A stretch of DNA of 64,000 nucleotides from Epiperipatus broadwayi. Taxonomy: Eukaryota; Animalia; Onychophora. The position numbers were made by a program, and so were the translations under genes. Within the stretch, counting starts at the first letter, position 1, and every line of letters begins with the position of its first letter. The stretch is taken from the NCBI GenBank assembly GCA_028023455.1, contig JAQFVV010000003.1, positions 19,530,001 through 19,594,000 on the forward strand, given 5' to 3'. Below the pieces are notes generated by a model. It was not told where the DNA came from, made no database searches, and saw nothing but the letters and a program-made list of their open reading frames with translations. Shown here in pieces: positions 13,600-27,229 of this stretch.

Positions 13600-14600
13600 A
13601 TAATAAAGCCAATACTTTAATATAAAAAACAAATAAAGATAGGTTTTAAGTGATGGATGGATACTGATAGCCACAATGGTTATGTATTGCATGTAGAACT
13701 GTATGCAGGTAAAGATTCAAATGTAGAGTCACATCAATGTTTTACTACTCATGCTGTGTGTCAGTAGATTTGCCACATCTTAAAAAATAGTACAACATTA
13801 TTTACTGTGATAGATTTTTTCCAAGACTAAAACTAGCAAATGAACTGTATGCAAATAAATTACATCTCTGCAAGACAAAATATATATAATAAAAAAAGTA
13901 CAGTATTGCAGATAGTATCATTGAAGTATAAAAAATAAAAAAATTAGGGGACACATTTTGTCCTTGATAAAGACAATGGCCTTCAATTTCTGGTTTGGAT
14001 GGAGAAGCCAATTGCTATGATTACAAATGCATATCCATCTTCTGGAAGTGATGTTGTTAGCCGAAGAAATAAAGGTGAATCATGATAAACATATCCAGTC
14101 CATCTGCAGTAAAAATGTATAACAGCTACATGGGTGGTATTGATTTTGGCCAATCAAAATGGACCCAATATTATTTGGATAGGAAGTTCAAACAATGGAT
14201 CTTGTGACCATTCTGGCACTGTCTTGACAGCAGTTTCTAATGCTTGCATTTTATATTCCATTTGTATGACATCTCAACATCTGAAGACTAAACTTCATTT
14301 AAAATCATAGTCTTATATTAATCAATGAATTTTCTTCAAGAAAAATATTTGTTCCAAATAACCATGTATTTCCACATCTGGAACAGTAATCACATGAAGA
14401 CCATACCTATGTAGATCTCTATTGACATAGCATTCCAAAGCGTAAGTGTTGTATATCCAAAAAAAAAAAATGAAGACAAGAAACTTGATTTTGGCTGTTT
14501 GAAATGTGGATTGCTACCTCTTTGCAATAATTCTTGGAGAGGACACTTTTCAAACATCACTTTGTGTGGCTTCACAACAAATAGCCTTTCCACAATTGTG
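13600..14600 (+). pseudogene. Decayed piggyBac transposase; element ends not resolved
   Basis: Motifs GFK.W.D..NGYVLHVELYAGKD, YCDRFF..LKLANELYA, AVKMYNSYMGGIDF..Q, AVSNACILY, and a C-terminal C-LK-C...LC remnant; multiple frameshifts. Confidence 0.85.
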
Positions 14601-14944
14601 AATTAATATATGCTCCAAAGGCATCCAAATGCAGATGCCTCTAGCTCAGATGAAGATATGATTTTTGTATAGTTCTAATGGGTATGTTATATATGCATTT
14701 TTATTTCTTTGTTTATTGTTTTGCAGCATGACCAATAACTTTTTATATGGAATATGATTTCTAAGCTATCAATCTTTGGTAATCTTTTGATTTTATATTT
14801 TGGGTTGATTCAAGCTAACAGAATGACTTTCACATGGTGACAAGTAATATAGATAATAAAAAGCATTATCATTTTTATTATTCTGTATTGCAATAAAACA
14901 AAACAAAAAAGATGTTGATTTGTTTTAGCTAAAACAGGAAAAAT

Positions 14945-15060
14945 TCTCCATATAGTAGTCTGGCTTGCATTAAGTGACACTACTGTATGGAGAGTTTTGC
15001 CTGTTTTAATAACAGTTATGAGCAAGCATAAGAAATAGTGATCATGTGATTTGTTTTAGC
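14945..15060 (+). repeat. Partial copy of the 25.85-26.2 kb hammerhead-associated repeat
   Basis: ggcttgcattaagtgacactactgtatggagagttttgcctgttttaataacagttatgagcaagcataagaaat matches 26174-26222 and the reverse complement of 25855-25940. Confidence 0.75.
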
Positions 15061-15602
15061 TACCAGAACAAGTGGAAACTAAATCATTAAAACCCTAATC
15101 ACTCTATTTATAACTTATTCCTTTCCGGCACTTTGTTTTTATATTATTTGGTAGATTTTGCATTAATCTAATTAGGTTTTTATTCACTTTTGTTTTATTA
15201 ATTTTTGTTTTATTACCTTTGTTTTTATTAACTTTATTTCATTTTTAAAAGGCATATGACTGTATGATTGTCTTCCTTATTAAGAATCTGTGTTAGCTTC
15301 ATTTCTGTTATTTTTGTCAATAGGTAAACAGAATGTCTGGAATGTATTATCTTTTATTATTAACAATATTCAATACTATGAAATAATACATTTAATATTT
15401 TGCATTTATATATTAGACAATATGAGCAGATATCTTTATCTGCAAGACTTATATCATAAAAGAGTAGAGTATAAACATTTTTAAAATGAATATATGCCAC
15501 AGAATTTTTAATCTTCTAGAAAAAATAAAAATATATTTAGTTATAAATACGAACTTATACAAAAAGAAATTATACATATCTACACATTTTTCTTTCTTAA
15601 AA

Positions 15603-15750
15603 ATGAGTAGGCACTTGATGGGAATTTTATGCATAAGCCTTCAGACATCCATTGATTACTCTGACTTGTACTGAGTGGCACTACTGTATGGAGAGTTTTA
15701 CCTGTTTTAATAACAGTTATAAGTAAGCATAGGAAATGGTGATTATATGA
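15603..15750 (+). repeat. Second partial copy of the same repeat, lacking the ribozyme segment
   Basis: atgagtaggcacttgatgggaattttatgcataagcc...ctgagtggcactactgtatggagag aligns with 26116-26210. Confidence 0.8.
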
Positions 15751-15876
15751 TGTTTTTAATAAGATTGGTTTATCTTTTTCCTGCTATTGATTTTTCATAG
15801 CTTTTAGCAGAACTTACACAATTCATACATATGTACACATCACAGTTTTATGATGTATATACATATGTATATTACC

Positions 15877-16002
15877 ATAGTCATCTTATTTGGAATTTGA
15901 AATTATATGACTTTTTACTTCTTTATTGTATTTATAGTGATAGTCATCTTATTTGGAATTTGAAATTATATGACTTTTTACTTCTTTATTGTATTTATAG
16001 TG
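15877..16002. repeat. Perfect tandem duplication, 2 x 63 bp
   Basis: 15877-15939 is identical to 15940-16002. Confidence 0.97.
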
Positions 16003-16272
16003 GCAAGTAATATCAATTCATGATTTTATCTCCCTCCCTCCACCATCTCCAATTTTTTTAATTATGTTATGCAGATTGAATTTTAATTTTATTTCTGTTT
16101 TTTTTTTTTTTTCATTTATTATAATTTACTAAAAATAATTTTTTGATTTACAATAGTTATTATTTGATTATTATTTTTTATTAGGGAGAAATGTTTTTTT
16201 AATAGATGCATTAAGACTTAACTTCTGGAGTACAAGTAAAAATGGAAATATTCTCACTGTCCTATTTTTGTA

Positions 16273-16462
16273 AGTACTATAACGGACAGAATGATTACCA
16301 CTTGGATATATAGATCAGATTCAACAATCAGCTGGTTCGATCCCAATGTATGAGCAACTTACACAAAGTCTATATGTGATGATACACCTATCTATCGAGC
16401 CCCAAAGTTGATTGCACCAGATATAACGGACGGAATGATTACCACTAGCCCCAAACATTGCT
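16273..16462 (+). mobile_element. SINE-like 190-bp repeat with a B-box; inverted partner at 18978-19167
   Basis: GGTTCGATCCC at 16334-16344; internal direct repeat tataacggac.gaatgattaccac ~143 bp apart; reverse-complement match to 18978-19167. Confidence 0.6.
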
Positions 16463-17864
16463 TAAAGGGTAGCTTACAATGCACATATTCCTAAAAAGAT
16501 CAAGCCTATTTATTGAACCCAATCCATTTGGAATTTATATTAATAATGGGAAGATTATTTGTTTGTTATTATTACATATATACATATAATGTATAATAAA
16601 TTATTGCTTTAAAATAAATTTAATATGATCAATATTTTAAAAAGTAATATTGTATATATACTATTGGATTAAATAAACTGTAATATATATATATATTTTT
16701 TTATATTTAAAATTGAATATTAATTTATAATCAAATGATTTAGGGATAGCCTGAGGTTAAGTTAGGTGGCCATGTGTAAAAATAAAACTGATTTTATTAT
16801 TTTATTTTTTTAATCTGTAATAAATGAAATGTATTTAAACAATAGGCATTTAAAAATCTAAATGTATTTAAACAATAGGCAGTTTAAAATATCAGCGTTT
16901 CAGAAGATTCTCAACATTTTATATAAAAATAGAAATTTTTTACAAATAGTTATTTTTGTCAAAAAAAAAGATAGCAGCTATAACAATAGACAGCAGTAAA
17001 AACTAAAATTTAGAATGCTAAAATGGAGTTTTGCATTTTCTTTTATTTAAATCATAAACATTTTTAAAAGTCAAATGCTGTAACTAAAAGTTTATCAAAT
17101 TCAGAGGAAAGAAAGTGAAATAAGAAGTAAGAATAACTGATAAATTTTATAATAATTAAAGCATGTTTTAAAAGTTGTTGGAGTAATTTTTTACTATTTT
17201 AAATTTTTTCAAAAAGAATAACGAAAATTAATCTGCTGAAAATTGGAAAAGAAAGAAAAATGAAATAATTTTCTTAATATATATATACGTAAAGTGCTTC
17301 TATATTATCCAACATAAGTTTATGATTACAAATAATTATTGAATTGTACTTTAATATGAATATGGGCTAGAGCAAAACATGCTATTGGGCATCATGTTAT
17401 TTCCTACAGCTGCATTAAACCTCTATTTATTTATTTTTCTACTTTATTGTAAACACGCAAGATGCCTGCAGTCCAAAGTAAACAAGCATTGGAATACTTA
17501 ATGGTGAATCAAATGAGGATCAAGGTGTTTACCATTAAACACAACTACAGGAGATATCATTGTACCAATCTATCCTTGCTAAGGAAACTGATTTGCTAAG
17601 TGAAACTGCTTTGAAGAACAACTTGCCTAACTAACAACTACTACTACTTCCATTAGGATGATTTTTATGAACTTTGTTCCAATTACAATTTTTTTAATCA
17701 AAGAATCAATATTGTAAATTTTTGTTTATTTTTTTTTTTAATTTTTGTTATCTGTTGTATTTTCACACTCTGATGCTGAAGCCTCATTTTTCAGAATTAG
17801 CAAAGAAGAAAGGGGGGATTATTCACTTTGATATTTTTATATTTTCATTGTAAATAAAATTTAG

Positions 17865-17909
17865 GTTAACCCGCCTGCTTCATATCAGGTTATCCACATA
17901 AATAGTAAG
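17865..17909 (+). other. Putative 45-nt symmetric coding exon (VNPPASYQVIHINSK); parent gene not identified
   Basis: aatttag| acceptor, AAG|gtaaga donor, open in phase 0, length a multiple of 3. Confidence 0.35.
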
Positions 17910-18977
17910 GTAAGATTCTCTACATTTATTTTTATAGATTAAATTGCAACACTTATACAGAATACATATTATGTTTTATTTTGTTGATTAACCTTGTATA
18001 TAAATTTTCCAGTATGTTTGACTAATCAACTAGTATTAATTTCTATCTCTATCATATATATAAATTGGGGGAAACTTAAGTTAAATAGATTGTTAACATT
18101 TGTAAATATATAATTTAACTAGCCAGCATCTCAATTATCTTAAATCACTAAAGTTTATTTTCCTATATAATTATGATTTGTAAAGAATGAGTGACATAGA
18201 TGGATTTCTACCATGGGGTATAAAGGTTAGATTATAATAATCATTAATTAGTAAAATGGTAGAGGTTCACATGTGACACATGTACATATGATTATTATTA
18301 TTATTTTTATAATTACTATTGTTGTTATACTGTATGATATTTATTATTGTTAATAAATATTTAAGAGCTTGTATTATTCCGGTCTCTGGTTTATTGAGTT
18401 GTCCTGACATTCCACAGTTTATAAACAATTATGCATGCACACACATCTATTTTTCTTATCATATAAAAGCTTGAAAATAAAACAAATATAATAAATGCTA
18501 GTTGTAACCTACATATAGGTGCAGGAGTTGCTGTGTGTATCTGTTCATACCTGTTAAAGGAGTCAAAAACAATATTCTCTCTGGGCTTGAATATTAGGGC
18601 ATAACGGAATTGAAAGGGGGAAAGTGGATGAACTAACCTAAAATGCATTTAATATTATTAAATAGGGATAGAGTCAGTCAATTAAAGTGTATGCAATCAT
18701 TGGTTAAGCATTTCATCAGTTCTCATTAGCATTCTATCAGAAGACCCAAAGTCTGACCATAGTTAGATGCAACTTTTTCCCCTTCTAAGCCTGGTAGGCC
18801 TCTGCAGATTGTTTCATTAGGGGCAATAAATTAGAGCATATTAATTTATCCCACACCAGATTGCTACATCTGCATAGTATTACAGTCTGCAAGTTAGTTG
18901 ACCATCTGGCACACCATCGTTGGGCTTGGTTAGCTTATGATTGGTGATGAAGAGTACCGTCCATTATATCTGGTGTT

Positions 18978-19167
18978 AGCAACATTTGAGGCTAGTGATA
19001 ATCATTCCATCCGTTATATCTGGCGCCATCAACTTTGGGGCTCGATAGATAGTTGTATCATCACATATAGACTTTGTGTAAGTTGGTCATATACTGGAAT
19101 CGAACCAGCTGATTGTTGAATCTGATCTATATATCCAAGTGGTAATCATTCCATCCATTATAGTACT
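18978..19167 (-). mobile_element. Inverted copy of the 16273-16462 SINE-like repeat
   Basis: ggaatcgaaccagctgattgttgaatctgatctatatatccaagtggtaatcattcc is a near-exact reverse complement of 16285-16345. Confidence 0.6.
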
Positions 19168-20239
19168 GAAGCTATGAATTGTCTCAGATAATAATATATA
19201 TTTTGAATCAGAATTTTATGAGAAATATAATAAAATTATTAATAAAAATATAATTTAACAACTTAGTTATCATAAATTAAAAATTATGAACAAATAATGA
19301 AGTAATAATTTTTTAGGATATTGAAATTCATTTTTTTAAAAATAGTAATCATTATTTTTCTTTATCTTATTTTTTTTCATAGTTTTCCATTTTCTGACAA
19401 CATGTAGTATATTGTTAAAATGAAATTATTGTGAAAATTATGTCTCAACCAATTCTTTAAAAATTCCAATATAATGCCAATTTATTCAAAACAGGTTAAA
19501 TAAAGAAACAGAAGAAACTGTCTTTAAAAGTTTTCCTCTCTTCACTATAAAAATAGCACCATATTATGGCTGCAGAAAAGTTTGCTGTTAAATAAAGAGA
19601 CATTTTGAAACTTCTTTGAGGCCTTAAAGAAAATAAGCAGGATAAATTTTTAATGTTCATTCTATATTCTAATCATAGCATCTGTTATTACTATGTGATT
19701 ATTCATATAGTAAATAAATATCAATGGCCTCTATTCAACATGCTTAAGAATCATGGCAAATTTATTGGCTTTTTATCTTTGAGTTTAAGATCAAAAAACA
19801 CCATAATCTTTACTATCAATCATATAATAGTTCTTAATTGATACATGAGATGAGTTTTCTTAAAGGTAGAATGAATGTCTGTGTTTGAATAATAAAGTGA
19901 CCATAAGGATGATGAATTCATATTTATTTAGCTATCTACAAGTGCAGATTATTTTCAAGTGAAAAAAATTACAAAAATTGCAAGAACTATCTCATATCAA
20001 GTAGGGCATTGTTGGATTTAATGAAATTAAAATAATAAATAAAAAGATACTTGTTACGAAAAATGAACATCTACTTTATTATAAAGTTACAAGAATTAGA
20101 AATGTAAGTAAAGTGGGATTCATTATATATAAAAAGTGGAAAGCAACATTGTGAAGATTTATGTTATATTACAGTGGCAAGACTAATTATCCAACCTAAT
20201 GAAAAATACTAAATGTAGATACTTCAATTTTATGCACCA

Positions 20240-22600
20240 ACATTTTACTGAAGGGTAAATGATTTTTGTGTAAATGTATAAAAGGGTTTGATCACATCAA
20301 ATAATATTTTAAAATTATCATGGAAGATTTTAATACTAGAATTGAAAAATGATTAAAGATGAAAAAATGTGGCTAAAGTAATAAAAGTAGAATACAGAAT
20401 TATGGAATTTGCAGGGGAAAATGTGTATTATGAATTCTTTCTTTCAAAAAAAAAAAGCTGAACAAAAATGGATGTATAAACATCCAAATAAAGATATAGA
20501 AGAATTGAATTATATTTTGATTCACAGAAAACATGAATCTGAGAATTGTAATGTTTTAATAGATTTAACTCAGACAGTGATCATCAATTAGTGAAATATA
20601 AGATATATAACAATGCAAAACTAGAGATGAAAACTTTAAAAAGTCATTATTGACAGATGATATTCATAATCTTTAAGAAACATTTCATTGAATTTAAATT
20701 ACAACTTGCTAATCATTTATAAATATTGACATGCTTTACAAATGGTTCAGACTTAGGTGTGATTAATAAGAGAGTGACTCATACTCTACTAAAAGCAGTA
20801 ATAAGATATCTGATACATATAGCAGAAATTTAACACTAAATTTTCAAATGAGACAAGAGAAGGTATGAAAAAAAAAAAGAATATAAAAATATTTAAAAAT
20901 GAATCATTAAGAAGTGAATATCTGGAATTAAATTAAAGTGGTATGCAAAAAAGTTAATAATGATATAAGAAAATATAACTGATTTGGCAAGGAAAACTAC
21001 AGAAGAGAATAAAAATTTGAAAAGTATAAAAAAACATCTTAGTATTGGAAAAGAAGTTATTTCAGCAATAAAAAGAAAATATGGAACTATTACTAAGAAG
21101 ATAGACATCATGAAATATGGAAAAGTTCTACAAAAATTATATAGTAATAAAGAAGCACAAAACAAAATAACCACTACAATTACTATAATATTAGGAATTA
21201 TCAAGTATTTTAAACAAAGAGGTGAGGTATTCAATTAAATCTATGAAAAAGAGAAAATGGTGAAATTATTATTCTCATTTTAAAGGGCAAGTGAAGAAAT
21301 AAAAAAATATTAGTAAAACTATATACTAAATGTCTAAATAATTCTGATACTTAAGAAGGATGAAGAAGATATTAGAAAGAACAGATATCAGTATTCTATT
21401 AAAATTTTTATCAAGATAACTATAAATCATAGTAAAGACCAACAGAAAAAAAAATCTGGAAGATATAAAAATGGTTTTAACATAGTGAATCATATCCAAA
21501 TATTTAGAAAAGTTATAGAAAGGACTAATGATATGAATCATCATTGTTTTGGATTTGTTCATCATGAAAAAGCATTTGTCTATAACTAAAACTTTGAACT
21601 ATTATGATATATATCTAGATATAGTCATATTCTGAAAAATGTTTGACATTATGCAATAACAGTGATTAGATTACATGATTATACTATGAACATTAAAAGA
21701 TTTAGAAAGGTATATGATAGTGTTATTCTATATCTCCCAAACTTTTTATACCAGTTTTACAAGAAATATTTTGTAGATTAAAATAGGAAACAAAGGCAAT
21801 AAACATATGTGGAGCTTTGAATTATCTAGATTTTGCATATGATGTGTTGCTTTTGCCAATAATACTTTAGAGCATCAGGAAATGATGCAAAAATTATGAG
21901 ATGAAAATAAGAAAGTAGGACTAAAGTTAAATGTCAATAAGAATTAAGAAATGTTCAATGGAGTTTTTGAGAAGAAAATGACTAATAATCATGAATTATA
22001 AGAAGTTAATAACTATAAATATCTTGATCAGATTAATTAATATAGATAAAAACATAATGGAACAAATTAATCATAGAATTAAATTTGGATGAAGTACTTT
22101 TGATAGAAATAATTTAATATCAAAGAAAAATATGCTTATGTGTTTGAAAAAAAGAAGTTTTTTAACAGATATGATTTACCAGTTGTTACTTATAGATCTG
22201 TGATTTGGATTCTTAACAGAATAGCTATATATAGAGTTCAGACCCTCGATAAAGTAAAGAAAGATATATGTTGGGTTTAACAAGAAAAGATCACCAGTGA
22301 AATATTTGGGTGAGAGAATAAATAGGTATCACTGATATTGAAGGAATTAACAGACTGAAATTGAGCTGAGTGAAACATATTACCAGAACATTTGATATGA
22401 TGGATAGTTGAAGTCTTAAAGTGAATTCTGAAAGATTGTATGAGGCCTAGAAAAAGACTACATATGAAATGGATGGATGAAATAAGCAAATTTGTGGTAT
22501 GAGGTGGAAAAGAAAATCTATGAATTTGAAAAAGTAGATTAAACGTAAGAGTGATCTTCATCCTGCAGAGGATTGATAATGGTTGCAAGTAATGATGACA
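20240..22600 (+). mobile_element. Decayed RTE-clade LINE (APE endonuclease + reverse transcriptase)
   Basis: IMNSFFQKKK..KW..HPN..EELNYIL (APE); GFNIVNHIQIFRKVIERTN....FVHHEKAF; LDFAYDVLL; KVGLKLNVNK; RPRKRLHMKWMDEISKFVV; many stops and frameshifts. Confidence 0.9.
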
Positions 22601-25526
22601 CATACATGCATATATATATAAACTTAACCATACAAAATATCAGAATTATAGATATATATAAATTGATTATTTTTTTATACTACAATCATCAACCTAACCA
22701 GTAAACCAATTTTCCTCAAATTTGTTTGAATTGGTTCCTTATTCTACTCTCTAAGAAATAATACAAATGGATTCTTAAATGCAATCTATTAAGAATTTTT
22801 TAACTAAGTCGACTACATGCAGAAAGAATTTCATAATTTGCAGATTACTTTTTACATACATATTATAAATAGGCATTATAATCACTTTTATTAGCTAGGA
22901 TAGCACCAGTATAACAGCCCTTTCAAAACATGCAAAAATGAAATATTCAATAATGAGTCATGAAACTTTTTAGTCAAGTATGTGGAGACAATTTGAGTTT
23001 TTACCTTCTGTAGAAATTAATTCTGAAAAACAAGATTGATTCACTATTGTATATAATTTAAAGGCAGTGCTAATAATACTACTTCATATTTGGAAAAAAA
23101 AAACATTGAACATATTGAATATAACCTTAATACGCTTTTAATATTGAATGTCCATATTAAAGATATTAAAGTTGTATTTAATATTTTTGATGTTTTCTTG
23201 AGTAATGAAGCAGTATTTGTAGTGTCTTTAATTTATTACATTTCAGCGACAGTTATTTAGTTTTTTACTGCATATAGTTAAGCAGTTTAGAAGTCTGACT
23301 TGTTCAGTTTATCACAGTGATAGAATGGCAGACTAATAGAGTTAAAGCTGAGCAAAAAAAAAATATTTTTTTTTAAAATTTACTTTGAGCAATACAGCAG
23401 AAATAGTGTGAACAATCTGCCACTTAGGTTCATAAAAATCACGATTCCCTAGACAATTAATGATGATGATATAATAATAATGATGATAATAATAATCAGG
23501 TCAGTTTAGTGGTCTGCCTCATACTTGAAGATTTCCTAAATAAATTTAGGATTTTTTTCAGGTAACCAGCTTAGCTAGTCATCAACTATTAGTTGATAAA
23601 TGGATGGTAAGCTATTCTTAGATGAAAACATTCTAAAAATAATTTGGGTTAGTTAATAACTTTATATATATATAAGCATGATTGTACAGAATATAGTCCT
23701 TACAACTGAAATGAAAGATATCATACACCCAAATCTGAGCCCATATTTTATATTTACCTTTTCCAAATAGTGAGATGATTGAATAATTTGTATTAAGAAG
23801 TGGATGCAATAATAATAAAATGTTATAACTTGATCATAATACTTTGTAGCCTAGCACTTTTTAAAACATTTGGCAGAGAAATTAACTACATGTTATATAT
23901 AGTTGCTGGGACTGTTTTGTGCACTATGTTCTCTACAAAATTTAATAAATGGAGATTTACATTTCCTTCATATCATTATTAGAATGGTCTTTAAAATGTT
24001 CTGTTAATACTCATCTTTTTATTGCTCTGATTCATACTAATTCCATTCACTGATATTCTTAATCCAGCAGTAGTAGTGTTATTATGATTTTAAGTTACCC
24101 TTCTCATGGATTTTTAATTTTTGATTATCTCTTGGATTTTTAATTTTGACTGCAGACATTTATCACCTTAGGGAACTCCATTAGGAAAAACAGTGGATCT
24201 TGTAACAGGAGACTTTCCATTCCAGATAACAAAATACAGATAGATAGATATTGTATAAGCTTTTTTATCTGCATTGTATATATAAATAAACCAAAAATAT
24301 AATATAAACAAAATCAAAAAATTATAATGACATAGTTATTAATAATAAATTGGAGACCACATTTACATATATATTGTATGTGTGAGTGGTAATTCATTTA
24401 ACCATTTAAATAAAATGAATAGCCAAGCATCAGCTTTTCTTCATAATTAAACATGCTCTGGATATTCTTTTTCTTCAGTAACTGTTTTCCCCATATGGAA
24501 ATATAAAGGCAGTAGTTTTATTATCAGCATACTATGGCCTTTCTAGCTCTTTTAATATTTTAAAGTTTGTATTAACTTCAAAATCTGTACAGTTATCATC
24601 ACCTGCTGTTACCCATTTCTTAGTCTTAAACTCTTCAAACTTCAAGTTTTTTGATGCGATACAAGAATGTTTATAGTTCTTTTTTTTTTCTGTCAGTACT
24701 AAACAAATAACTTTCATTTTATTGCTTAAATTTCATAAAATTTTTAGTTATATGCTTAGAAAACATTTTATAACACAATATACTGTATAATATCAAAATT
24801 TGGAAAGGAAAAAAAAAAGGCAAAAAATAAAATGTATGAGCTTTCAACATAACCACAATATTAAAATATGTGATCACAGATGGAAAAATGGTTGTTACAG
24901 TATCATAAAATTTATTAAATTTACAAATTTTAATCTCTTTACTTTTTGTTTAGTTATACATTTTTTTGGATAGCATAAAATTGAAGTCTGGATATATTGA
25001 TATAATTCATATTATGGCTTCACTGTAGAATTTTTTTATCTCTATCAAAACTGACATCTTTTTACTCATACTAATGTACTATATAAAAATGTATTGCTAA
25101 TTAAAGTTGAAACTGTAAAGTTATATTCTATTAGACATAGTTGCGCATTAATGTTAATTTATGTGTTTATTAATATATAGATGAAAATTTTGACTTAATA
25201 CAAATATAATTCTAAAACAAAATTGGTTTTCTTTTACTATATAAATAAGTATATTCTACATAATAATAACACTTGCTTTTGATAAGAGGTCACTTGTAAA
25301 ATTATAAACAAGCATGAAAACAGAATAGTAAATTGATATGTTCAGGTGTTTTTAAAAAGTAAAAAAAAAAAAAAAATTGCAAAATTAAATATCAAATAAT
25401 AAAATATCACATATTTCAACATAGCAAAGAATGACCAGAAAACTCTTTTATCTATACCACAGACGAATATTAAGGAAACCAAGTCATACATCATGTGACT
25501 TAATAAGCTTGTATTTACAAATGAAA

Positions 25527-25776
25527 TATAATGAGTGTCTAATAGCTCTAACCAAGCTTTTCGATAAATACTACAAGAGAAAGCATTTAAAATCTCTAGA
25601 ATTATCCCTACCCCAAGCCAGTTTCGAATTAATGGCTCTCGTCTGAATGTCTTTGTGCCTCACTGTCAAGAGCCATTAGCTCAAAATCAGTTTGAGAATA
25701 AGGATAGAGATTTAAGTGCTTTCTCTTGCAGCATTTATCGAAAAGCTTGTTTAGAGCTATTAGCATGCTCATTATA
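25527..25776. repeat. Palindrome (~110-bp arms) with decayed hammerhead motifs on both sides of the axis (family H3a)
   Basis: The arms are reverse complements. Right arm (+): CTCA-CTGTCAA-GAGC-CATTA-GCTC-AAAA-TCAG-TT-TGAG. Left arm (-): CAGACGA-GAGC-CATTA-ATTC-GAAA-CTGG-CT-TGGGG. Confidence 0.88.
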
Positions 25777-25888
25777 TTACTACAGACTAATACATCCAAA
25801 ATCAAAATATCAACTTATTTATAAACTTGTTTAAATATTACATACTACATTCACATAATCACCATTTCTTATGCTTGCTCTTAACTGT

Positions 25889-26222
25889 TATTAAAACAGG
25901 CAAAACTCTCTATACGTATTGCCACTCAGTGCAAGCCAGAGTAATCAATGGATTCCAGAAAGCTTGTGCATAAAATCCCCATCTAGTACCTACTCATCCA
26001 ATATCCCCAGATTAGTTTCTGGCTTGTGGCCTTAATCAGTGAGGTTCAGTGCTCTCAGATCATAATTCCTAACTGACGAAGGCCACAAGCCAGAAACTAG
26101 TCTGGGGATATTGGATGAGTAGGCACTAGATGGGGATTTTATGCACAAGCCTTCTGCATCCGTTGATTATTTTGGCTTGCACTGAGTGGCAATATGTATA
26201 GAGGGTTTTGTCTATTTTAATA
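25889..26222. repeat. Palindrome (~150-bp arms, short spacer) carrying outward-facing hammerhead motifs (family H3b)
   Basis: 25889-26040 is the reverse complement of ~26072-26222 with few mismatches. Confidence 0.95.
26064..26112 (+). ncRNA. Type-I minimal hammerhead ribozyme motif, catalytic core intact (GUC triplet)
   Basis: TCCTAA-CTGACGA(26073-79)-A-GGC-CACAA-GCC-A-GAAA(26093-96)-CTAG-TC-TGGGGA. Stem I has one mismatch. The mirror copy on the minus strand (26001-26044) has stem I CCTCA/TGGGG but core CTGATTA. Confidence 0.7.
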
Positions 26223-27229
26223 CTACATTCTTGTGATATTTTAACTATATTCTATATATCTGTTTAAAGGGGAGGGAAGCTAAAAAAAATATAAAATATA
26301 TTTAACTTTATTCTGTATATATACAAATACATATATAAAAAAATACTATTTAATACAGCTCTTCTACTTATATGCACAAACTCTGGAATAATAAATTTTC
26401 CAAGTGCTGTTTATTTATATCAATTAATTAGTATTTACAAATCCAATTTTTATTAATTTGTAAAGCTTTTAAAATGACTAGAAATTAACTCTTCTTTGTA
26501 AGTTTAATGATAAAGTTGTTTTGAATGGAACTGAGTACATCAGAAGTTAACTCTAACTAATATCATTTAATAGATTTGCTATTTTTATAAAAATGAGAAA
26601 GCAAATGTAAATATTTATTTTACATATGCAAGGGATATCGAACATATGCATTAAATATGAATAATGCTTGTAAAAAAGTTAATCACAAGGCTCACAATAT
26701 TCAGTCAAAAGAACATTAATATCAAAATACCAATCACTAAATGCAAAATTTAAAATGTCATACTTAATATTCTTTATAAATTATATTTCAAAAAATTTTA
26801 ACAAAAAATATGTATTTATATACAAAGTTCATCTCCTTGCCTAAATTCCAATCTAAAATTAATATTTTATTTTTAAATTAATCAAACTAATCTTTAAACA
26901 TTCCAAAAATTTATTACAAAACATTAATTTCCTTCATATTTACACCCCCCCCTTCCCCAAAGACTATAATTAAAATATTTTATTGTGTTATATTCATATG
27001 ATACAATTATTAAACAAGTTTATAAGAGATATGTTGTTTTAATATATTATTCATATATATGAAAATACATGATGTTTATTGGAATACCAAATATTATTTG
27101 TACAATTAAAAGGGCAATAAGATGTAGTAGTTAACTCATCTTAATCATGTCTATAGTCTTCAGCTTGAAAGCAGGTGAAAAATCACATTTATTTTTTTCA
27201 GACAGGTAGCTAGGAATTTCCAAGCAAAA

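Noticed and set aside
24160-24717. Protein-like stretches (GTPLGKTVDLVTGDFPFQITKYR*; KKWVTAGDDNCTDFEVNTNF) as exons
   Set aside because: Plausible frames exist on both strands, splice pairs are incomplete and I recognise no homology; they cannot be supported without BLAST or RNA data.
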